Below, piece after piece: positions 1 through 7,843 of a stretch of DNA of 21,964 nucleotides. The stretch is taken from the NCBI GenBank assembly GCA_964244895.1, contig CAXTKV010000075.1, positions 1 to 21,964 of the forward strand. Reading direction: 5' to 3'. Below the pieces are notes generated by a model. That model was not told the DNA's origin and did not search any database. It saw only the letters and a list, made by a program, of their open reading frames with translations. Positions within the stretch are counted from its first letter, which is position 1; each line of letters starts with the position of its first letter. This DNA comes from an uncultured Deinococcales bacterium. Its GTDB lineage: Bacteria > Deinococcota > Deinococci > Deinococcales > JAAFIG01. Made by a program: the position numbers and the translations under genes.

Positions 1-10
1 CGAGGCTCAT
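1..10 (-). CDS. Possible start of the next operon gene (runs off the window)
   Basis: ATG at 10-8 overlaps the SDR stop as TGATG, a typical coupling overlap. Only 3 codons are visible. Confidence 0.3.
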
Positions 11-741
11 CAGATCTCCTGCGCCTGCGGCAGCACGACCAGATCGCGGATGTTGACGTGCGCGGGCAAGGACAGCATCATGGTCACCAGTTCCGCCACG
101 TCCTCGGAACGGATTCCCGTTTTTTCGGCCACGCCGCGCTCGATTTCCGCCTCGTCCGTGACCTGCCAGATGTTGTTCAGCACGACACCCGGCGCGATCG
201 CCCCGACGCGCACGCCGCGCCCCGCCATCTGGCGGCGCAGGCCGTGAACGAAGGCCTGAAGTGCGTGCTTGGAGGCGCTGTAGACGGGTTCCCAGTGGAT
301 CACCTGATGCCCGGACACGCTGGAATTGACCACGATATCGCCCGAGCCGCGCGCCAGCATGTGCGGCAGCACGGCCCGCACGGCGCGCAGCACGCCGTTG
401 ACGTTGACATCGATCAGGTGCGCCCACGCGTCGGGATCGCCGTCCTCGACCGCGCCCGGAACGTACACGCCCGCGTTGGCGAAAAGTGCGTCCACCCGCC
501 CGAACCGTTCCAGGGTCGCCTCGAAAAGATGCGCGACCTGCGCGCCGTCGGTCACGTCGGTCGGTACGCCGATGGCGTTGTCCCGTCCGAACTCGCTCAC
601 CAGTTTCTCGAGCCGATCCCTCGATCGCGCCGCCAATCCGAGCTTCGCGCCGCGCTTCGCCAGGGCGCGCGCCGTCGCCTCGCCGATGCCGGAACTCGCG
701 CCGGTGACGATCACGACTTTGTCCTGGATTGGATCGCTCAT
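10..741 (-). CDS. SDR oxidoreductase, ribitol 2-dehydrogenase (RbtD)-like
   Basis: TGASSGIG, NAG and YSASK motifs. Segments GDPDAW, WEPVYSASK, QAFVH.RRQ and RDLVVLP resemble RbtD as I recall it. ATG 741 (MSDPIQ) has an AGGTGA SD; the track's longer start lies inside a repeat. Confidence 0.88.
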   Translation of the reverse strand: MSDPIQDKVVIVTGASSGIGEATARALAKRGAKLGLAARSRDRLEKLVSEFGRDNAIGVPTDVTDGAQVAHLFEATLERFGRVDALFANAGVYVPGAVEDGDPDAWAHLIDVNVNGVLRAVRAVLPHMLARGSGDIVVNSSVSGHQVIHWEPVYSASKHALQAFVHGLRRQMAGRGVRVGAIAPGVVLNNIWQVTDEAEIERGVAEKTGIRSEDVAELVTMMLSLPAHVNIRDLVVLPQAQEI

Positions 742-759
742 GGCTTCACCTGGGACATG

Positions 760-818
760 GAACACCGTCCTGGACGGCGTTCCCTCGAGTATCGAATCTG
801 TTGTGCTGGACGGTCTTC
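760..818. repeat. Paired-site intergenic repeat, long class (59 bp)
   Basis: GAACACCGTCCTGGACGGCGTTC ... TTGTGCTGGACGGTCTTC; the right end overlaps the AKR stop codon. Confidence 0.85.
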
Positions 819-1896
819 ACTTCTTGAAGCGCAAATCCTGCCACGGCCCGCCATCCTCGAACTTCTCGGGCTCGAGGATTTTGGCGCGCGGGTCTTCGGC
901 CTGATCGAGTTGCAGCACCATCCACTTCGGGTACGGCGTGCCGGGATCGCTGGCGTCGTTCAGCCATTTCAGGTCGGCGGCGGAGAGTTTCAGGTCGATC
1001 GCCGCGATGTTGTCCGCCAGGTTTTCCAGCTTGCGGGCCGCGATAATCACGCTCGAGACGGCGGGTTGGCGCACCGTCCAGGCGTAAGCGACTCGCGCCA
1101 TGCTGACGCCGTGGCCTTCGGCGACCTTGCGCAGCGCCTTCAGCACGGGCTCGCCTTTCTTCCAGTCGAACGGTACGAACTGTCCGGCTTCCGCGAAACG
1201 CGTGCCTTTGTCGGCCTTGCCGGGTTGCGCGTACTTGCCCGTCAGGTAACCGCCCGCCAGCGCGCTCCAGACCAGCACGCCGATGTTGTGGTACTGCGCG
1301 AAGCTGGTGAAATCGAATTCCAGTTCCCGCCCGACCATGCTGTAGTACATCTGCGCGGTCACGAAGGGTTCCAGGTTGAGTTGCTTCTGCACGCCCAGCG
1401 CGGTCGCGGCCTGCCAGCCCATGTAATTGGACAGCCCGATGTAACGCACCATGCCGTGCCGCACCAGGTCGTTGAGGGTGCGCAGGGTTTCTTCCAGGGG
1501 CGTGTTGGAATCCCAGCCGTGAACCTGATAGAGGTCGATGTGATCCGTCTTGAGGCGCTTGAGGCTGCTTTCCACGCCGCGCAGGATGTTCACGCGGGTC
1601 GCGCCGGAGCGGTTGAAATTCTCCGACATCGGCAATCGAAATTTGGTGGCCAGCACGATCTCGTCGCGGTTGCCGATCTTTTCCAGGGCGTTGCCGATCA
1701 GCGTCTCGCTCTCGCCGCCCGAGTACACGTCGGCGGTGTCGATGAAGTTGATGCCGTGTTCCAGCGCGAATTTGATCATGGCGGTCGTGGCTTTCTGATC
1801 CAGCCCGCCCATGTTCATGCCCTTGCCGAACTGCATCGTGCCCAATGAGAGCGCGCTGACGATCAATCCCGAATTGCCCAGGCGTCTGTATTCCAC
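817..1896 (-). CDS. Aldo/keto reductase (Tas/Kv-beta-like)
   Basis: LSLGTMQFG, IDTADVYSGGESE, LATK, IDLYQVH, YIGLSN and WSALAGG motifs; GTG start with GGAGG SD. Confidence 0.93.
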   Translation of the reverse strand: MEYRRLGNSGLIVSALSLGTMQFGKGMNMGGLDQKATTAMIKFALEHGINFIDTADVYSGGESETLIGNALEKIGNRDEIVLATKFRLPMSENFNRSGATRVNILRGVESSLKRLKTDHIDLYQVHGWDSNTPLEETLRTLNDLVRHGMVRYIGLSNYMGWQAATALGVQKQLNLEPFVTAQMYYSMVGRELEFDFTSFAQYHNIGVLVWSALAGGYLTGKYAQPGKADKGTRFAEAGQFVPFDWKKGEPVLKALRKVAEGHGVSMARVAYAWTVRQPAVSSVIIAARKLENLADNIAAIDLKLSAADLKWLNDASDPGTPYPKWMVLQLDQAEDPRAKILEPEKFEDGGPWQDLRFKK

Positions 1897-1966
1897 GTGA
1901 ACCTCCTCGTCTCGAGCCTGCCTTCCCTCGAGCGCGTGCCCCGAGGCTAACCCGCGATGCGCCCTG

Positions 1967-2024
1967 GAACACCGTCCTGCACACGAATTTGTGAGCCTCG
2001 AAAACGCTGTGCTAGACGGTCTTT
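1967..2024. repeat. Paired-site intergenic repeat, long class (58 bp)
   Basis: GAACACCGTCCTGCACAC-N22-CTGTGCTAGACGGTCTTT. Confidence 0.85.
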
Positions 2025-2052
2025 TCGGGCGCGCGCCCTCGATGCTCGAGTC

Positions 2053-2829
2053 TCACGCGCCGACCATCAGCTTGACCACCTCGTCGCCGTTGGTGTCACC
2101 GATCAGGCGCTCACCGGCCTTGACGCCGCGCCGCAGCACCAGAATCCGGTCGGAGACCGCGAAGATATCGCCCAGGTTGTGACTGATGAAAATGATCGCC
2201 ACGCCCTGCGACTTGAGGCGGTGAATCAACTCGACGACCTTGCGCTGTTCCGGCACGCCCAGGGCCGCCGTGGGTTCGTCCATGATCAGCACGCGCGCCT
2301 TCCAGAAGATCGCGCGCCCAATCGCCACGGCCTGACGTTGACCACCGGACAGGTCGCGCACGGGCCGCTCCAGGCTGGTGTGAATGTCCAGCGTCTCGAG
2401 CACGTCCTTGCTGGCCTCGCGCATGCTGACCCGATCCAGCGCCGGGAAGATGCCCATGATCTTTCGCATCCGCTCGCGCCCTAAAAACACGTTGGAACCC
2501 ACGTCCAGGTTTTCGGCCAGCGCCAGATCCTGATAGATCGTCTCGATGCCCAGCACCCTGGATTCGTGCGGCGTGGCGATGCTGACCGGCTGACCCTCGA
2601 AGAAGATCTGCCCCTCGCTCGGGTGGTGCGCGCCGGAAATACACTTGATCAGCGTGCTTTTTCCCGCGCCGTTATCGCCCGCCAGCGCCAGCACCTCGCC
2701 GGGATAGAGCTCGAAGCTGACATCCTCGAGCGCGGTCAGACCGCCGAAGCGTTTGGTGATGCCGCGCACCTCGAGAATCGGGGTTCGCGCGGGTGGTTGC
2801 TGCGCGGTCGTGCCAGGCACGGCGGTCAT
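2053..2829 (-). CDS. Monosaccharide (CUT2) ABC transporter ATP-binding protein, single domain
   Basis: Walker A GDNGAGKS, signature LSGGQRQ, Walker B LIMDEPT, H-loop ISH; GAGGT SD. Confidence 0.95.
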   Translation of the reverse strand: MTAVPGTTAQQPPARTPILEVRGITKRFGGLTALEDVSFELYPGEVLALAGDNGAGKSTLIKCISGAHHPSEGQIFFEGQPVSIATPHESRVLGIETIYQDLALAENLDVGSNVFLGRERMRKIMGIFPALDRVSMREASKDVLETLDIHTSLERPVRDLSGGQRQAVAIGRAIFWKARVLIMDEPTAALGVPEQRKVVELIHRLKSQGVAIIFISHNLGDIFAVSDRILVLRRGVKAGERLIGDTNGDEVVKLMVGA

Positions 2830-2844
2830 GGGCGCACCTCTGGC

Positions 2845-2900
2845 GCGAGCCGCGAGCCGTGAGCCGCGAGCCGCGAGCCGTGAGCCGCGAACCGCGAGCC
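2845..2900. repeat. Heptamer tandem repeat, (GYGARCC)x8
   Basis: GCGAGCC GCGAGCC GTGAGCC GCGAGCC GCGAGCC GTGAGCC GCGAACC GCGAGCC. Confidence 0.95.
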
Positions 2901-2917
2901 AAAAACGTTAGGTTTCA

Positions 2918-2976
2918 GAACACCGTCCCAGACGCGTGATCCTGAACCCCCGAGAACATTGTCCAGCGCGGTCTTT
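2918..2976. repeat. Paired-site intergenic repeat, long class (59 bp)
   Basis: GAACACCGTCCCAGACGC ... GAACATTGTCCAGCGCGGTCTTT. Confidence 0.75.
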
Positions 2977-2980
2977 TCCC

Positions 2981-3008
2981 GCGACCCGCGACCTGCGACC
3001 CGTGACTC
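2981..3008. repeat. Heptamer tandem repeat, (GYGACYY)x4
   Basis: GCGACCC GCGACCT GCGACCC GTGACTC. Confidence 0.85.
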
Positions 3009-3010
3009 TT

Positions 3011-4030
3011 TCACGACCGCACCACGCTTCTGCGCGCCTGATCGACCAGCACGCTCAAAATGATGACCGCACCGACAGCGATGAACTGCCAGAACGGGGC
3101 GACGTTGATGAACACCAGCCCGAACTGAATCACCGCGATGATCAGCGCGCCGATGACGGTGCCTTTGATCGTGCCCTCACCGCCGAACAGACTCGCGCCA
3201 CCGATCACGACGGCGGCAATCGCGTCTAGAAGCGTGGGTTCGCCCGCTTGAGCCGCGCCCGCCGTGAAGCGCCCGGTGTAGATCACGCCCGCCACGCCCG
3301 CCAGCAAGGCCGTCAGGATGTACAGCAGAATCGTGTGCCGATCGACGTTGATGCCCGCGCGGATGGCGGCGTTCTTGTTGCCGCCGATCGCGTAGGTGTA
3401 CTGCCCGAAACGCGTTCTGGACAGCACGTAGTGCATCACCAGCACGATCACGGCGGTGATCAGTACGGGTATCGGGATGATCCACAGCGCGTAATCGTTG
3501 CCGAGCGCGGCGTTGAGCTTGTTGTCCACCGGCACGGGCGTGCCCGCCGAGATCAAAAACGCGACCCCTCGGGCCACGCCGTACATGCCGAGCGTTCCGA
3601 TAAAAGCTGGAACCTTCAACCTGGCGATCAGCACGCCGTTGACGAAGCCGACCACCATCGCCGCCAGGAGCGCCGCGACGATGGAAATCAAGAGCGCCAG
3701 CAGTTCTGGCACGCTCGAGCCGAGCCCCTGCATCACCAGCGAACCGACGACCGCCGCCAGTCCGACCGTGAAACCGACCGACAAATCGATGCCGCCCGCG
3801 ATGATCACCAGCGTCATGCCCAAGCCGATCAGCAAGGGTTGCACGGTCGCCAGCAGGATGCTCTGCACGCTGGTCAGGTTGAACAAAAAGGTCTGGCCGA
3901 AACTGAGCCGCGCCCAGGCTTCAAAAAAGATGATCAGGAAGGCCAGAAACAACCACGACCACATGTTGGAAATGGTTTTCAACAAGCTCGAGGGTTCAGT
4001 GCGCGTTTTGGGCGGTGCGGCAAGGCTCAT
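3011..4030 (-). CDS. Monosaccharide ABC transporter permease (RbsC family)
   Basis: GGIDLSVG, VPAFIGTLG, YAIGGNKNAAIRAGI and AIAAVVIGGASLFGGEG motifs; multiple TM segments; GAGGTGA SD. Confidence 0.95.
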   Translation of the reverse strand: MSLAAPPKTRTEPSSLLKTISNMWSWLFLAFLIIFFEAWARLSFGQTFLFNLTSVQSILLATVQPLLIGLGMTLVIIAGGIDLSVGFTVGLAAVVGSLVMQGLGSSVPELLALLISIVAALLAAMVVGFVNGVLIARLKVPAFIGTLGMYGVARGVAFLISAGTPVPVDNKLNAALGNDYALWIIPIPVLITAVIVLVMHYVLSRTRFGQYTYAIGGNKNAAIRAGINVDRHTILLYILTALLAGVAGVIYTGRFTAGAAQAGEPTLLDAIAAVVIGGASLFGGEGTIKGTVIGALIIAVIQFGLVFINVAPFWQFIAVGAVIILSVLVDQARRSVVRS

Positions 4031-4134
4031 AGGTCACCTCGAGCGGAATGCGCGGTTCGTGTTCGTTCAGTCCCGGCGGCGTTGATCTTTTGCATCTTTT
4101 GTTGTGCGTCTTTCTACGTGAGGTTCCGGCCCGA

Positions 4135-4183
4135 GAACATCGTCCCAGACGGTGTTCTTTGGTGTACGTCCGGGACGGTGTTC
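4135..4183. repeat. Paired-site intergenic repeat, short class (49 bp)
   Basis: GAACATCGTCCCAGACGGTGTTC ... ACGTCCGGGACGGTGTTC. Confidence 0.8.
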
Positions 4184-4287
4184 CGGTGTTTGCGCGGGAG
4201 CCAGGTGCGTCTCGCTCCCACGCAAATTCCCGATTCGTCAATCGCGGTCAATACCCTTGGCTCGAGAAATCGATGGAGAACAGAGGC

Positions 4288-5265
4288 TTACTTGCTGGCG
4301 TAGGTCGCGGCTTTGGCGTCGGCGGAATCGGCGTTCTTCTTGTCGATCACGAAGTAACCGGTGCCGTAACGGGTTGGAACTTTCTCGCCGCCCAGCGCCT
4401 TGACCATGTATTCCACGCCGACCTGTCCCATCTCGGCGGGGCGCTGGCAGATGGCCAGGTCGATCGTGCCGCCCTTGACATCGTTGATGATCGATTCCGG
4501 GCAGTCGAAGGCGACCACGTTGACGGCGCCGCTCTTCTTGGCGGCCTTGACGCCGTTGGCTGCGCCCTGCGCGCTGAACAGGTTCGCGCCGAAGACACCG
4601 GCCAGGTCGGGGTTGCGGGCCAGCACGGCGGCGAACTGGCTGGCGGCCTTGTTCGCGTCGTCGTCGTTGAATTGCGTCTCGAGCACCTTGATGTTCGGGT
4701 ACTTCTTCATGCCGTTCTTGAAGCCCAACTCGCGCTGGTCGGTGGTCGAAATGCCGGGCTTGACGTTCGAGACGTAGACCGAGCCCTTCTCGCCGATGGC
4801 TTTGGCCAGGGCGTCCGCGCCGACCTCGCCGCCCTTGACGTTATCGCTAGACACGTAAGAAAGCGGGAAGTCGGCATCGCCGGAACCCGTCTGGTACTTG
4901 CCGTCGTCACCGATGAAGGTGTCCACCGTCAGCACCTTGATGCCCGCGTCCACCGCTTTCTTCAAGGGCGCGATCAACTGCTTCTTGTCGGTCGGTGCGA
5001 TCAGGATGCCGTCTGGCTTGCGGGCGATGACCGCGTTCAGCACGGGAATCTGCGTCACCGGGTTGAAATCCGGCGCGCCCTGGAAGTCCACCGTCACGCC
5101 CAGTTTGGCGGCGGCGGCCTGCGCGCCCTTGTTCATGGTGATGTAAAAGCCGTCGGTCGTCAGGCCCGGAATCAGCGTGATCTTGTAGGCTTTCTGGGCG
5201 GTGCTGCTCGAGACGCTGACGGCCAGGGCCGCGAGGCCGAATGCGGCGAGAACGGATTTGCGCAT
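4288..5265 (-). CDS. Sugar ABC transporter substrate-binding protein (RbsB-like)
   Basis: N-terminal signal peptide; PDGILIAP, SSDNVKGG and VVAFD motifs; AAGGAG SD. Confidence 0.94.
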   Translation of the reverse strand: MRKSVLAAFGLAALAVSVSSSTAQKAYKITLIPGLTTDGFYITMNKGAQAAAAKLGVTVDFQGAPDFNPVTQIPVLNAVIARKPDGILIAPTDKKQLIAPLKKAVDAGIKVLTVDTFIGDDGKYQTGSGDADFPLSYVSSDNVKGGEVGADALAKAIGEKGSVYVSNVKPGISTTDQRELGFKNGMKKYPNIKVLETQFNDDDANKAASQFAAVLARNPDLAGVFGANLFSAQGAANGVKAAKKSGAVNVVAFDCPESIINDVKGGTIDLAICQRPAEMGQVGVEYMVKALGGEKVPTRYGTGYFVIDKKNADSADAKAATYASK

Positions 5266-5322
5266 GGTGACTCTCCTTCGAGGGGGGCGAATGACGAGGG
5301 GCTTCTCGGAGACCGTGCTGGA

Positions 5323-6600
5323 TCAGGTCATGACGATCTCCTTTCGCCCGGCTGGGCTTGAGATTGGAAGTTGCGCGGTTTCTGGAAGAGGAATTTCGCC
5401 CTGATAGATGGCTTGCAGCGCGCGTTCGGCGGCACCGATGCCGAAGGGTCGTTCGAGCTTCGCGATCTCGATCGGCAGGTGCGCGCCCCAGCCCAGAAAC
5501 GGGTAGGCGCGCTCCTCGAGCTTGGCGCGCAACCCAGGCACGATCAAGTCCGCCCAGGCGCTGCCCGCGCCGCCCAGCACGATCAATTCGGGATCGAGCA
5601 GGTTGACCAGGCTGACGCAGGCCAGCCCGAGCGCTTGCCCTGCGGCATCGAACGCAGTTTGCGCGTGCTTGTTGCCGCCCCTGCCCAGCTCGGCGATCTC
5701 GAGGATGCTGAGGTTTCTTCGGCTCAGTCGCGCGAAGTGCGCTTGGATCGCGTCCGAACTCGTGTAGCGTTCGATGCAGCCCCGGTTGCCGCACGGGCAC
5801 TCCAGCCCCTGATGGTCGATCGAGACGTGCCCGAATTCTCCGGCGAAACCGTGAACGCCCTTGTAGACGCGCCGCCCGATCACCACGCCCGCGCCGATGC
5901 CTTTGCCCAAGAGCACGTAGACGAAGTTTTCAGCTCGGGTTTCGCGCAGGTAGGTGACGCTGGCGGCGTGAACGTCGCGCTCGAGTCTGGCGGGCAATTT
6001 CAGATCCCGCTCGAGCCGCGCGACCAGATCGAGGCCGGTCAGCGCGGGGTAGTTCGGCGGGCTGAGGATCGTGCCGCGCCGCGCGTCCACCGGGCCGGGC
6101 GATGCCGCGCTCACGGCGGCGACCGGACCAGCGCCGCTCTGGACGGCGTGCGCGATCAGGTCGCGCACGGCCCGCAGGGTGTGCGCGTAGATCTCGTCGC
6201 GGTGTTCACCGATGGCGTTCGGCGCGACGCGAACTTCCAGTGGCTGTCCGCTGGCGTCGTAGAGTCCGGCTTCGATCTGTTGCGGGTGGTGCGAGACGAT
6301 GTCCAGGCCGATCACGCAAAAACGCTCGGCGTTGATTTCCAACGGTGCGGGGTGGCGTCCCCGGCTGGTCGGGGCGGGTGGGCGTTCCAGCACCAGGCCG
6401 TCGTTGATCAGTTGCGTCACCAGATCGCCCAGGGCGGGCTTGGAGAGCCGCATCTCGCGGGCCAGTTCGGCGCGACCGCGAGGTTGCGCGCGCAGCAGCT
6501 CTAAGGCCACAGCGCGGTTGTTGCGGCGCACGTCCTCTGGTCGTCTGCCCCGGAACGGGCTGACCTCGTGGGCGCGCAGTTGGCCTCTGGCCTCGAGCAC
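5323..6600 (-). CDS. ROK family transcriptional repressor (XylR/NagC-like)
   Basis: N-terminal HTH (RAELAREMRLSKPALGDLV) and ROK motif GFAGEFGH...CPCGNRGCIE; GTG start with GGAGG SD. Confidence 0.93.
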   Translation of the reverse strand: MLEARGQLRAHEVSPFRGRRPEDVRRNNRAVALELLRAQPRGRAELAREMRLSKPALGDLVTQLINDGLVLERPPAPTSRGRHPAPLEINAERFCVIGLDIVSHHPQQIEAGLYDASGQPLEVRVAPNAIGEHRDEIYAHTLRAVRDLIAHAVQSGAGPVAAVSAASPGPVDARRGTILSPPNYPALTGLDLVARLERDLKLPARLERDVHAASVTYLRETRAENFVYVLLGKGIGAGVVIGRRVYKGVHGFAGEFGHVSIDHQGLECPCGNRGCIERYTSSDAIQAHFARLSRRNLSILEIAELGRGGNKHAQTAFDAAGQALGLACVSLVNLLDPELIVLGGAGSAWADLIVPGLRAKLEERAYPFLGWGAHLPIEIAKLERPFGIGAAERALQAIYQGEIPLPETAQLPISSPAGRKEIVMT

Positions 6601-6630
6601 GTTGAGCCTCCATCTGTTGAGTGTTCGAGT

Positions 6631-6660
6631 ATAGTAAACTTAACTAACGAATCATGTCAA
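6631..6660 (-). promoter_or_regulatory. Sigma70-type promoter for the ROK/ABC operon, overlapped by a probable ROK operator
   Basis: TTGACA (6660-6655)-N18-TACTAT (6636-6631). The AT-rich imperfect palindrome TAGTAAA-C-TTAACTA at 6632-6646 overlaps the -10 box. Confidence 0.65.
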
Positions 6661-6729
6661 GCTGAGTTTCGCGCCCCGCTTTCGCGCGCGGTCGGGCGCG
6701 ATGGCAACCCCACTGGGAGACCCCGGATC

Positions 6730-7638
6730 ATGCCCAAAATCACCCTCAACACCGTCATCGTGGCCGACATCGGCGGGACGAAAATTGCGCTCGGACACCT
6801 GATTGATGGTGCGCCATCCGACGCCGCCAGCACGGTCGCCACGGATCGTTTGCGGGTCAGCGACCCCACGGAATCCCTGCAAGCGATCCTGAACGAATAC
6901 ACCGTCCAGCACGGTCTTGGGCGCATCGATGCCGTCGTGCTGGGCGTGCCCGTCAGCCTGGACCGCGACCTGGATCGCGTGCTTTCGAGCCCTAACATCC
7001 CGCAACTCGAGAACCTGCGGCTCGGCAGCGCGCTGGAAGACCTGATCGGCGCGCCCGTGCGCCTGGAGCGCGACATCAACCTCTTGCTGCTCGGCGAACA
7101 CCGCGCGGGTGCGGCGAGCGGTTCCTCGAGCGCCTTTGGCGTGTTCTTCGGCACGGGCGTCGGCGCGGGCTTTTTGATGCACGGCAAACCGTATCGCGGC
7201 TTTTCCGTCGGCCTGGAACTGGGCCACATCCCGATTCGCGGCGAGGGTCGGGTGTGCGTCTGCGGCAACGTCGATTGCCTGGAAGCTTACGCCTGCGGGC
7301 ACACGCTCAACGCGCTCTCCGGTCAGTTCAACCTGCCCGTCGGTCAACTCTTCTCGAGACGGACTGAGCACGCGAACCTCGACAGAGCGCTTTTTGAATT
7401 CGTGCGCGACCAGGCTTACGCGACCGCGACCGCCATCAACCTTTTAGACCCCGAAGTTGCCGTGGTCGGCGGCGGCATCCCGGAAATGCTCGGCTTCCCC
7501 AGGGATGCGTTCATGGTGACCGTGCTGGATCACCTGCGCCGCCCTTACCCGCGAGAGGTCATCAAACTGACCTGGGCGCAACTCGGTTCCAGAGCCGTGC
7601 TGCACGGCGCGTTGGGCGTACTCGAGGACAGGCTTTAG
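6730..7638 (+). CDS. ROK family sugar kinase, D-allose kinase (AlsK)-like
   Basis: DIGGT ATP motif, no HTH, ELGHIP..CVCGNVDCLE. C-terminal INLLDPE..VGGG..M.GFPRD...LRRPYP resembles E. coli AlsK as I recall it. ATG 6730 has a GGGAG SD. Confidence 0.88.
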   Translation: MPKITLNTVIVADIGGTKIALGHLIDGAPSDAASTVATDRLRVSDPTESLQAILNEYTVQHGLGRIDAVVLGVPVSLDRDLDRVLSSPNIPQLENLRLGSALEDLIGAPVRLERDINLLLLGEHRAGAASGSSSAFGVFFGTGVGAGFLMHGKPYRGFSVGLELGHIPIRGEGRVCVCGNVDCLEAYACGHTLNALSGQFNLPVGQLFSRRTEHANLDRALFEFVRDQAYATATAINLLDPEVAVVGGGIPEMLGFPRDAFMVTVLDHLRRPYPREVIKLTWAQLGSRAVLHGALGVLEDRL

Positions 7639-7698
7639 GGTTGGTTTGGTCGAACTTGCTCGAGACTCGCACGTCCATGTCGATCGCGTATTCTCGCG

Positions 7699-7752
7699 AG
7701 GGCCACCACGATGGTTGCCCTTACAAGACTGGCCTCGTAAGAGCCCGTCTAC
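7699..7752 (-). repeat. Two tandem GTAG/GTAA-tagged REP-like hairpins
   Basis: Minus strand reads GTAGACGGGCTCTTACGAGGCCAGTC, then GTAAGGGCAACCATCGTGGTGGCCCT. Confidence 0.5.
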
Positions 7753-7780
7753 GACCTGCTCTTCCCTCGAGACTACCGAA

Positions 7781-7828
7781 GAACACCGTCCAGCACGCAT
7801 GATTAAATACGCGTACCAGACGGTGTTC
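7781..7828. repeat. Paired-site intergenic repeat, short class (48 bp)
   Basis: GAACACCGTCCAGCACGC-N12-GCGTACCAGACGGTGTTC, between convergent genes. Confidence 0.9.
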
Positions 7829-7843
7829 TCAGCGCGGACGCCC

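Noticed and set aside
58..1848. 596-aa plus-strand ORF and similar long antisense ORFs (4048-5361, 5371-6504, 11133-12350, 14630-15589)
   Set aside because: These are shadow ORFs of GC-rich genes on the opposite strand, with no recognisable motifs.
5309..5325. GAGACCGTGCTGGATCA lone half-site next to the ROK stop
   Set aside because: Degenerate and unpaired, so it was not counted among the 14 elements.
6568..6729. Extended start of the ROK kinase
   Set aside because: It overlaps the divergent repressor start and promoter; ATG 6730 puts DIGGT near the N-terminus as expected.
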